DNA from: an uncultured Gemmatimonadales bacterium
GTDB taxonomy: Bacteria; Gemmatimonadota; Gemmatimonadetes; Gemmatimonadales; GWC2-71-9
Assembly (NCBI GenBank): GCA_963730185.1
Contig: CAVSQW010000009.1
Location: 288,001 to 352,000 of the forward strand
Direction of reading: 5' to 3'
DNA: 64,000 bases
Positions within the stretch are counted from its first letter, which is position 1. The number at the start of each line of letters is the position of its first letter. Of this stretch, positions 45,656 through 53,394 are shown piece by piece. Position numbers and translations under genes: made by a program. The notes under the pieces are model-generated. The model did not search any database. It was given only the letters and a program-made list of their open reading frames with translations, and was not told the DNA's origin.

Positions 45656-47272
45656 TCATGCCGGGATCGACGGCGCAAACTTCGGTGGCACACGGACTTT
45701 CGTTGCCTGCTCGAAGGCGTAGGCGTAGCGGAGCAGCCGGGCCTCGCTCCAGGCCGGGCCCATGAAGGAGACCCCGACCGGGAGGCCGTCGACGTGGCCG
45801 CCGGGCAGGGTGACGTGGGGATAGCCGGCTACGGCAGGGTAGGAGGCGCTGCCTCCGGTGAAGCGGTCGCCGTTGACCAGGTCGATCGGCCAGGCGGGGC
45901 CGGTCGTCATCGAGACGATCGCGTCGAGCCGGTGGCGAGCGATGAGCCCGTTGAAGTTCCCTCGGGTGATCGACAGGATCCGCTGATGCGCCTCGCGGTA
46001 CTTCGGATCGGTGAGAGGACCGCGCTTCTGGGCCTCGAGAAAGGTCTCCTGGCCGAACCAAGGCATCTCCTGGTCACGGTGGGCATCGTTGAAGGCGATC
46101 AGGTCGGCCAGGGTCTTCGGAGTCACCGTGTTCCCCCGGGAGGCGAGGTACTTCTCGACTCCGTCCTTAAACTCGAAGACCAAGACCTCGAACTCGTCCT
46201 TGCCGTACTTCTCGTCGATCTCGGGCAGGTCGACCGGGTCTACCAGGACGGCGCCGGCCGCCTTGAGGGCGCGCAGCGCCTCCTCGAAGACCGGGGCCAT
46301 CTTGGGGCCGAAGCCGAAGCCCTTCCGGGCCACGCCGAGGCGGACGCCCCGGAGGGCGCCGGGCTCGAGACCCTGGGTGTAGTCGGGAGCGGTCTTGCCC
46401 TGGCTCGCCCGGGTGGCGGGGTCACGGGGGTCGACGCCGGTGAGGGCACCGAGGAGATGAGCGGCGTCGGTCACGGTGCGGCACATCGGGCCGGCGGTGT
46501 CCTGAGTCGCGGAGATCGGGATGATGCCCGACCGGCTCCAGAGCCCGACGGTCGGCTTGACCCCGACCAGCGAGTTGAGCGAAGACGGGCACACGATCGA
46601 GCCGTTGGTCTCGGTCCCGATGGTGAGGGCCGCGAGGCAGGCGGCGCCGGCCGCGCCCGACCCCGCGCTCGACCCGCACGGACTCCGGTCGAGCACGTAG
46701 GGGTTGTGAACCTGGCCGCCTCGCCCGCTCCATCCGCTCGACGAGTTGCTGCTCCGGAAGTTGGCCCACTCGCTCAGGTTGGTCTTGCCCAGGAGGACCA
46801 GGCCGGCCGCCCGGAGGCGCTCGACGATGAAGGCGTCGCGCGGCGCGGGCCGCCCGACCAGGGCAAGGGACCCGGCGGTCGTCTGCATCCGGTCGCCGGT
46901 ATCGATGTTGTCCTTGATGACAATGGGGATGCCGTGGAGGGGGCCCCGGAGCTTCCCCTGGCGCCGCTCCTCGTCCAGCTGGTCGGCGATCGTCAAGGCG
47001 TCGGGGTTGGTCTCGATGATCGCGCGGAGGGTCGGACCGCGCCGGTCCAGGGCCTCGATCCGCTCGAGATAGAGCTCGGCCAGCCGGCGGGCGGTCCAGC
47101 GGCCCGACCGGATGCCGTCCTGGAGGGTAGCCACGGTCGCCTCGTCGAGCTCGAAGGCCTGCGCCTGGGGCAGAGTCGGCGCGTCGGGAGGGGGCGAGAA
47201 CTGGCGGGGCCTGGGCGCCCCGACGATGAGTCCGCCGGCAATGCCGGCCCGGAAGAAATCACGACGCTTCAC
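45656..47272 (-). CDS. Tat-exported amidase-signature family amidase
   Basis: GTG start after RBS AGGAG; twin-arginine KRRDFF; KDNID, GKTNLSEWANFRS, GSSAGS, TETNGSIVCPS (Lys-cisSer-Ser triad). Confidence 0.9.
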   Translation of the reverse strand: MKRRDFFRAGIAGGLIVGAPRPRQFSPPPDAPTLPQAQAFELDEATVATLQDGIRSGRWTARRLAELYLERIEALDRRGPTLRAIIETNPDALTIADQLDEERRQGKLRGPLHGIPIVIKDNIDTGDRMQTTAGSLALVGRPAPRDAFIVERLRAAGLVLLGKTNLSEWANFRSSNSSSGWSGRGGQVHNPYVLDRSPCGSSAGSGAAGAACLAALTIGTETNGSIVCPSSLNSLVGVKPTVGLWSRSGIIPISATQDTAGPMCRTVTDAAHLLGALTGVDPRDPATRASQGKTAPDYTQGLEPGALRGVRLGVARKGFGFGPKMAPVFEEALRALKAAGAVLVDPVDLPEIDEKYGKDEFEVLVFEFKDGVEKYLASRGNTVTPKTLADLIAFNDAHRDQEMPWFGQETFLEAQKRGPLTDPKYREAHQRILSITRGNFNGLIARHRLDAIVSMTTGPAWPIDLVNGDRFTGGSASYPAVAGYPHVTLPGGHVDGLPVGVSFMGPAWSEARLLRYAYAFEQATKVRVPPKFAPSIPA

Positions 47273-47499
47273 GCGAGGCTCCTGTTGCGGTGCATGCGGG
47301 TCAGTTCGGATCGGGAGGGAGGGCTGGGCTCGACGGCATGACTCGGTGGCCGAAGGGATGGGGAATCTATCCGGCCGCTGCCGGATCGGCGAACCGAGGT
47401 GACGTCGGCTCGGTCGAGCGCGAAATGGCTCACCGTCGCGCTGGCGGCGTCGCGGACCCGCCACTAGCTTGAGCCGCGTCCCGATCGGGAGTGCGTTCG

Positions 47500-47937
47500 A
47501 TGGAGCACGAAGGCGTGTCGGTGAAGGGCATCCTGGGCCGATTCCTTGCTTCCTTGGCGCTGGTGTACCTCACCTTCAATCCCGAGGGCTATTCGTTCTT
47601 CCACTGGGCCCTCGCCCCGATCGTGAACGATCGAGCCTCGGCGGGCCAACAGCTGCCGCTCAAGGTGCTGGCCGGTTTGCTGCTGATTGGCGTCTGGGTG
47701 TTCTTGGTGCAGACGACCCGCCGGTCGATCGGCTGGAAGGGGGCACTGCTGGTCCTGGCGATCCTGGCCGCGCTGGTCTGGGCCCTGGTCGACTGGCACG
47801 TGCTCAACCCATCGAGCAGCCGGGCGATCGGCCACGTGGTGCTGCTCGCCATCGCGCTGGTGCTGGCGCTCGGCATGTCGTGGTCGCACCTGAGCCGACG
47901 CCTGTCCGGCCAGGTCGACACCGACGACACTGACTGA
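47500..47937 (+). CDS. Conserved membrane protein (DUF6524-like)
   Basis: LVYLTFNPEGYSFFHW, LGMSWSHLSRRLSGQVDTDD; four TM segments. Confidence 0.78.
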   Translation: MEHEGVSVKGILGRFLASLALVYLTFNPEGYSFFHWALAPIVNDRASAGQQLPLKVLAGLLLIGVWVFLVQTTRRSIGWKGALLVLAILAALVWALVDWHVLNPSSSRAIGHVVLLAIALVLALGMSWSHLSRRLSGQVDTDDTD

Positions 47938-47938
47938 C

Positions 47939-48376
47939 TCAGCGGTTGGCGTCGCTATCGGACGCCCGGATCACCGCCCGGATCGCTTTGGTCCATCCAT
48001 CGGCGTCGGCCGGCGGGACGAACGACCAGGATTCCCGCGACTGGCCGTTGCCCGCGTTGATCCGCACCCGGTCGCCGGTCCGACTGACCTCGTAGAACCG
48101 CCGGCTCTCGGGTTTGATCTCGATCCCGACCTTCTCGTTCTTGTGGATCAGGACCGTCTTGCCGGTCACGACGATGGACGCCACTCGATCCTCCCAGCCG
48201 GCATCCCGGGTGCCGGCGTCGTGGGTGTACCGGAAGGTCAGATTGTCGGCCCGGTAGGCGATGCCCTCGGCCGCGAAGGCCGTTTCCTGGTCGGCGCCGA
48301 GATGGCTGGTGTCGGGGTCGGCACAGGCCGTGACCAGGAGCCCGACCGCCAGGACGACACCGCGTCGCGTCCTCAT
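47939..48376 (-). CDS. Hypothetical lipoprotein
   Basis: MRTRRGVVLAVGLLVTAC lipobox; ATGA-coupled to the dehalogenase stop. Confidence 0.75.
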   Translation of the reverse strand: MRTRRGVVLAVGLLVTACADPDTSHLGADQETAFAAEGIAYRADNLTFRYTHDAGTRDAGWEDRVASIVVTGKTVLIHKNEKVGIEIKPESRRFYEVSRTGDRVRINAGNGQSRESWSFVPPADADGWTKAIRAVIRASDSDANR

Positions 48377-49278
48377 CGGATCCCTCCACTCGGGACCACA
48401 CTCAGAATCGCGGCGGCCACCTCGGCGGGACGATCCTCCTGGAGGAAGTGTCCGGCCTCGTGAATGGTCACGTGCGGCTGGCCCCGGGCCCCGGGAATCC
48501 GCTGCTGGAAGATCCGCTCGACGCCCGCCGTGATCGGGTCTCCGTCGCTGAAGGCGGTGACGAAGGGACGGGTCCACCGCTCCAGCTCCGCCCAAGCGCG
48601 GCGGTTGGCCGGCGCCGCGGGGTCGTCGGGCGTGGTCGGCACCAGCGCGGGGAAGACTCGGGCACCGGCTTTGGATGGTTCGTCGGGGAAGGGGGCGTCG
48701 TAGGCGGCTACCTCCCGGTCGGTCAGCGTCCGCACGGTTCCTCCCTGGACGATCCGGCCGATCCGGAGCTCGGCGACGGATTGGGAGTATCGCTGCCACT
48801 CCTGGAACGCCGGCGGCATCGGGACCGATCCGTCGGGCAGGGCCGTGTTGGCGGCCACCAGGGCGGCGAACCGGTCGGGCGCCTCGGCGACGACGCGAAG
48901 TCCGATCAAGCCGCCCCAGTCCTGACCGAAGAGGGTGATCCGATCGAGGTCGAGGGTCCCGAGGATCCGGTGCAGGACGTCCACGTGGAGCGCGTAGGAG
49001 TAGTCGGCCACCCGGGTGGGCTTGTCGGAGCGGCCGAAGCCGAGGAAGTCGGGGGCCACGGTCCGGCATCCGGCCGCCGTGAGGGTCGGAATCACCCGCC
49101 GGTAGAGGAAGGACCAGGTCGGCTCCCCGTGGAGCAGGAGCACGACCGGTCCGTCCCGGGGACCCTCGTCGAGGTAGTGGATCCGAGCGTCACGCACCGT
49201 CAGGTAGCGGGGCGGGAACGGAAAGTCCGGCAGGTCGGCGAACCGGTCGTCCGGGGTCCGAAACAGGGGCCCGGTCAT
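48373..49278 (-). CDS. Haloalkane dehalogenase (DhlA-like subfamily)
   Basis: RTPDDRF..LPDFPF, HGEPTWSFLYR, GFGRSDKP, nucleophile QDWGG, AYDAPFP, SDGDPI, catalytic GHFLQED. Confidence 0.9.
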   Translation of the reverse strand: MTGPLFRTPDDRFADLPDFPFPPRYLTVRDARIHYLDEGPRDGPVVLLLHGEPTWSFLYRRVIPTLTAAGCRTVAPDFLGFGRSDKPTRVADYSYALHVDVLHRILGTLDLDRITLFGQDWGGLIGLRVVAEAPDRFAALVAANTALPDGSVPMPPAFQEWQRYSQSVAELRIGRIVQGGTVRTLTDREVAAYDAPFPDEPSKAGARVFPALVPTTPDDPAAPANRRAWAELERWTRPFVTAFSDGDPITAGVERIFQQRIPGARGQPHVTIHEAGHFLQEDRPAEVAAAILSVVPSGGIR

Positions 49279-49751
49279 CGGTCTTGCCGGGTCGCGGCCG
49301 GCGCCCCCCGAGCCCAGGCGATGTAGTCCGTGGGCTCGGGCGCGAAGCCGGCCTCGCGCAGTCCGGTCGCGATCTGGCCTCGATGATAGGCGCCGTGGAG
49401 GGCGACGTGGAGCAGGATGTCCTCGATGGTCGAGGTGAACTCCTGACCCGCGCTATTCTTGTAGGTGACCCCGCGGGCGAGGTCGTCCGGGCCGAGACCG
49501 GCGACGAACGCGGTGAGGCGGGCCAGGTTCTCGGCGCCGAGGCGGCGGCAGTCCGCCAGGCTGAGCTCCGGCCACACCGCCACCTGGGCCGGCTGCCCGA
49601 CCAGCCGGGCCTGCCAGATATGCTCGGCGCCGAGCACGTGGGCGTAGCGCTCGAGGATCCGGGGTGGGAGGGGCGCCGCCCGCTCCAGCGCCTCCTGGAC
49701 CTTCCGGTCCGCCCAGCCGAGATGAACCATCAACCGCTCGAGATGAGTCAT
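49275..49751 (-). CDS. DinB-family protein
   Basis: RBS AAGGAG (minus strand, 49759-49764); H..WAD, AHVLGAEHIW, DILLHVALHGAYHRGQIA, PTDYI. Confidence 0.88.
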   Translation of the reverse strand: MTHLERLMVHLGWADRKVQEALERAAPLPPRILERYAHVLGAEHIWQARLVGQPAQVAVWPELSLADCRRLGAENLARLTAFVAGLGPDDLARGVTYKNSAGQEFTSTIEDILLHVALHGAYHRGQIATGLREAGFAPEPTDYIAWARGAPAATRQDR

Positions 49752-50565
49752 GCCGCATCTCCTTCGGATTCGTCGCAAGGGAAGCGCGCCCGAGCCAGGG
49801 GCACCCTTCCCGTTTTCGGTGCCCGCCGTCCGGTCGGCGGCGGTTCTCGAATTTACCGCGCCGGTCACCTTCTTCGTGGGCGAGAATGGATCCGGCAAGT
49901 CTACGATGCTGGAGGCGATTGCGCTGGCGGCCGGCCTCCCGGCGGTCGGCAGCGCGGATCTCGGCCGCGACCAGACCTTGGCGGCGCAACGCGACCTGGC
50001 CCGGGCGTACCGGCTCGAGTGGTCGAAGCGGACCCACCGAGGCTTCTTCCTCCGGGCCGAGGACTTCTTCGGGTTCCAGCGCCGGTTGGCGCGGGAGCGC
50101 CTCGAGCTCGAGCAGCGGGTCGCGGAGGTGGACGCCGGGTACGAGGGGCGCTCGGACTGGGCTCGCACGCTCGCCAAGGGGCCGGCCCGGGCGTCGCTGG
50201 CCGAGATGGAACAGCGCTACGGGCGCGACCCGGACGCGCGCTCGCACGGGGAGGCGTTCCTCGCGCTCTTTGCCTCGCGCTTCGTACCGGGTGGGCTCTA
50301 CCTGCTGGACGAGCCCGAGGCCCCGCTCTCGCCCCAGAACCAGCTCGGGCTGGTGGCGATGCTGATGGAGATGGTGGGGCGGAACGCGCAGTTCGTGATC
50401 GCGACGCACTCGCCGATCGTGCTCGGGGTGCCGGACGCCGAAATCCTGAGCTTTGACGGAGGCCGGGTCGACGCGGTGGCGTACGACGACACGGCGCACG
50501 TCCGCCTGACCCGGGATTTTCTCAACCAGCGGGAGCGCTACCTCCGGCAGCTCCTGGCCGAGTGA
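49750..50565 (+). CDS. Stand-alone ABC/AAA-type ATPase (COG3910-like)
   Basis: FPFSVPAV, VTFFVGENGSGKST (Walker A), GFFLRAE, SHGE signature, LLDEPE (Walker B), IATHSP. Confidence 0.9.
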   Translation: MPHLLRIRRKGSAPEPGAPFPFSVPAVRSAAVLEFTAPVTFFVGENGSGKSTMLEAIALAAGLPAVGSADLGRDQTLAAQRDLARAYRLEWSKRTHRGFFLRAEDFFGFQRRLARERLELEQRVAEVDAGYEGRSDWARTLAKGPARASLAEMEQRYGRDPDARSHGEAFLALFASRFVPGGLYLLDEPEAPLSPQNQLGLVAMLMEMVGRNAQFVIATHSPIVLGVPDAEILSFDGGRVDAVAYDDTAHVRLTRDFLNQRERYLRQLLAE

Positions 50566-50577
50566 GTCGGCCCGCCC

Positions 50578-51945
50578 TCAGGCGGCGGGCGAGAAGTTGG
50601 GAAGATCGGGCGGCCGCTCGGGCGAAAGCCCACCGCCGTACTTGCAGGCGTTCCGGAACCGCTCGTCGGCCTGCCCGCAGAGACGGGCCCGCCTGGTCAT
50701 GTCGGTGTGGAGCACGGACATTTCCTCGCCGACCGCGACGTAGCAGGCCGTGCCGATCACCTGGTCGCTGACCTTGGCGCAGAAATCGAGGCCGTCCTGC
50801 GGGTCGGAGGTGACGTCGACGAAGTTCTTGACCACGCCGACGAAGCACCAGGGCCGCCACTTGGGGTTCCCCTCCATACAGTGCGCGATCGACTGGTCGG
50901 CGTTCCGAACCGTGACGCCGCTGAGGTACGTGCCGATACCCTGATAGCAGGCCGGCCGCATCGCGAGCGGCGCCTGGTCGCAGGCTCCCGCGATCTTCCC
51001 CCAGTCGGCACCGAGAATCTCGTAGATGATCCCGGCCTGCATTCCATAGCACGAGCGCTGGTAACGATCGGCCAGGGCGGTGCAGGGGTAGAGCGGATCG
51101 TTCTTGTCCCGGAAGGGGAAGCTGTCGGCTCCGGCCGTCATCCCGGCCATTTCGTGGCCGCCGTGGTTCGGGGCGGCGTGGCCGGCGTCGTGCTCCGGGT
51201 CGCCCTGTTCCTCGCTCCGGGCCATGGCGTCCATGTGGGGATGATGCTCCTGTCCCCGTCCCTCGAGGATGAACTCCATGAAGGTGCCGCCGTAGCAGGA
51301 CTCCTCGTCCCAGGCGTTGGGCAGCCAGTCGCACCCTTCGAGCGCGTGCCGCAGGTGGTGGGTGATGGCCTGGAGGCCGTGCCCGAGACCGTGCACGCAC
51401 TGGAACCGGAGCCAGAGGCTGAAGGAGTTGGGTTCCTGGACCTTGTCGCAGAGCGAGGTGATGACGGTGCTGTCGGCGCCGTTGGCGGCCATGTAGGCCT
51501 GAATCACGCCGTGGAAGCAGCCCGACTGGAAGAGACCGGTGCAGGAGTTGTAGATGGCGCGGAGGTCCATGCCCGGCTGCCAGGAGTTGATCCCCACGAC
51601 GTGCACGAAGTCGTGGCCCCGCGCGGCGATCGTGTGATCGATCGTGCTCAGGTCCGCCAGCGAGGCCATGGCGAACCGGGTCTGGTGACGGCTCACCATC
51701 GTCATCAGGATGTCTTCGTAGCAGCTGCGACGGCTCCGACCCGCGAGCAGCCGGCAGCGATTATGCATGAATTCCGCCATGACGGTGGAGTCGCGGCTGG
51801 CCATCGGAGCGTCGATCAGCTCGGCGAGCGGCTTGGGCGTGGTCCCCGGGACGACCACCCCGCGGGAGCAGGCATACATCGCGCCGGCACCCGCCAGGAG
51901 CACCACCGCCACCACGATCAGAGCGAGCCGCTTGAGCATCGTCAC
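50578..51945 (-). CDS. Exported Cys-pair repeat protein with His/Met-rich loop, function unknown
   Basis: N-terminal signal/anchor; nine C-x(7-16)-C-[YFVK] repeats; CFHG and CVHGLGHG; His/Met-rich insert. Confidence 0.8.
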   Translation of the reverse strand: MTMLKRLALIVVAVVLLAGAGAMYACSRGVVVPGTTPKPLAELIDAPMASRDSTVMAEFMHNRCRLLAGRSRRSCYEDILMTMVSRHQTRFAMASLADLSTIDHTIAARGHDFVHVVGINSWQPGMDLRAIYNSCTGLFQSGCFHGVIQAYMAANGADSTVITSLCDKVQEPNSFSLWLRFQCVHGLGHGLQAITHHLRHALEGCDWLPNAWDEESCYGGTFMEFILEGRGQEHHPHMDAMARSEEQGDPEHDAGHAAPNHGGHEMAGMTAGADSFPFRDKNDPLYPCTALADRYQRSCYGMQAGIIYEILGADWGKIAGACDQAPLAMRPACYQGIGTYLSGVTVRNADQSIAHCMEGNPKWRPWCFVGVVKNFVDVTSDPQDGLDFCAKVSDQVIGTACYVAVGEEMSVLHTDMTRRARLCGQADERFRNACKYGGGLSPERPPDLPNFSPAA

Positions 51946-52092
51946 TGCACCATCGGGAAGGGACCCCGGTAAGATACTCGGCCCCGGGCGATCGCCCAGC
52001 CCGCGCCGGAGCCGGCCCCAGGGCCGGTTACGCCAGACCGATCGTGGCCACGAAGGTCACGACCGGTCGGCTGGAGTCGGTCGAGGCCGCGA

Positions 52093-52374
52093 TCAGCGCT
52101 TGGGCGGACGTCCGTAGCGCTGAATGTGCTTGAGCCACGCCACGGCCTTCTCGAACGCTTTCTTCTTGCCGCCGTTGCTCGCGTCGCCGAAGAAGGCGGT
52201 GAACTTGGGCCGGGTGCCGCGGGGCGTGGGACGGTATCCGAACCGGCAGAACCACCCGAAGGTCCGCGTGCTCGGCTGATCGATCCGCGAGACGCCAGGG
52301 ACCTTGGACCCGGTGCGCCGCCGGGTGGTCGTCTTCCGGGTGCGGGGTCGAGTCGTGGTTCGACGAGTGGCCAT
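52093..52374 (-). CDS. Small basic protein: Arg/Thr-rich tail + AP2-like DNA-binding domain
   Basis: MATRRTTTRPRTRKTTTRRR followed by GVSRIDQ...GWFCR...FFGDASNGGKKKAFEKAVAW. Confidence 0.72.
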   Translation of the reverse strand: MATRRTTTRPRTRKTTTRRRTGSKVPGVSRIDQPSTRTFGWFCRFGYRPTPRGTRPKFTAFFGDASNGGKKKAFEKAVAWLKHIQRYGRPPKR

Positions 52375-52510
52375 GTCGCGTGCGCCTGAAGCCCTGGTGA
52401 GAGATGACGAGGGGTGTGTGCGCCCTATTATGCGCCCTGATTCCGGATTGCGGAAGGGGGGCGCTTTCACCTCGGTCGAGATGAGGACTTGCGGAAATTC
52501 CTAACGCTGG

Positions 52511-53392
52511 TCAGCGGAGCGCGGCGGGATCCGGGCTCGGCGCCGACGGGGTCGGGGGCTCGGGCCGATCGGTTCGAATCCGCTCGGAGAAATCGGGGTC
52601 GCCGAGCGCGGCCCGGGCTCGTTCGGTGATCCGGTAGCGAGCCCGGGCGGCGTCGACACTCCGAGCGCCGTCGATCAGGCCGAGGCCCGCGGCCACCTCG
52701 TCGACGTAGCCGGGGAGGAGGAGCCGCGGGCCCACGGGGATCCGGCCGGGCACCACCCGGTTTACGTGGCGGACCAGGTTCGAGGTGCAGTTGTCGGTCA
52801 GGGTGTTGTAGAACTCGGGGCGAAGGCGCAGGGTCTCGGCCCGCTCGAGCATGTCGATCAAGACGTCGCGGATCCGCTCCCGCGGGGCCACGATCGGGTA
52901 GAGATAGACGTCGAACTCGCCGACCGCCCGCCGCCCGATCAAGTCGCGCTCGTCGCCGAGCACGTACATCAGCTCGAAGTTGCGGGCCAGGCCCCGAAGG
53001 AGCCCGTAGGTCTCGTCCCGCTCCCGGCGGGCCTCGATCGAAATCGCCAGATAGGTGGAATCGTCGAAGCCGAAGCTCACGAACGCGTGGGCCGGCCCCC
53101 GCCAGGCGTGGGAGAAGGGTGCCAGAACCAGCCAGGCGGTGGCCACCTGGCGCAGGTCCCAGGTGCGCTCGGTCCAGGCCGGATCGAAGTCCGTCTCCGA
53201 GCGGTAGCGGAAGGCGCGGAGGTTGGCGACGTGCACCTTCGGACCGTCGAAGCTGATCTCCGGCATTTTCGACTGATCGACGGCCCAGTCGCGGTCGGTC
53301 GTGGGCTGCCGGGTGAGCAGGACGATCGCCAGGGTGGCGACCGCCGTCGTCAGAAGCCAGAGCACGAGTCGGACGGTCGCCGGCCGGGGCAT
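52511..53392 (-). CDS. DUF4105-domain protein (permuted papain-like, Cys/His)
   Basis: R.W..DQ, AHAFVSFGF, SIEARRE..E.Y, FELMYV.GDERDLI..R, FYNTLTDNCTSN; N-terminal TM segment. Confidence 0.82.
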   Translation of the reverse strand: MPRPATVRLVLWLLTTAVATLAIVLLTRQPTTDRDWAVDQSKMPEISFDGPKVHVANLRAFRYRSETDFDPAWTERTWDLRQVATAWLVLAPFSHAWRGPAHAFVSFGFDDSTYLAISIEARRERDETYGLLRGLARNFELMYVLGDERDLIGRRAVGEFDVYLYPIVAPRERIRDVLIDMLERAETLRLRPEFYNTLTDNCTSNLVRHVNRVVPGRIPVGPRLLLPGYVDEVAAGLGLIDGARSVDAARARYRITERARAALGDPDFSERIRTDRPEPPTPSAPSPDPAALR

Positions 53393-53394
53393 GC

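Noticed and set aside
49750..50565. ATPase as part of an anti-phage system (PARIS/AbiE/Gabija-like)
   Set aside because: No adjacent nuclease, TOPRIM or toxin partner, and no defence-island context; it fits a common stand-alone ATPase family.
50578..51945. Multiheme cytochrome c
   Set aside because: Cys pairs are 7-16 residues apart and there is no CxxCH motif.
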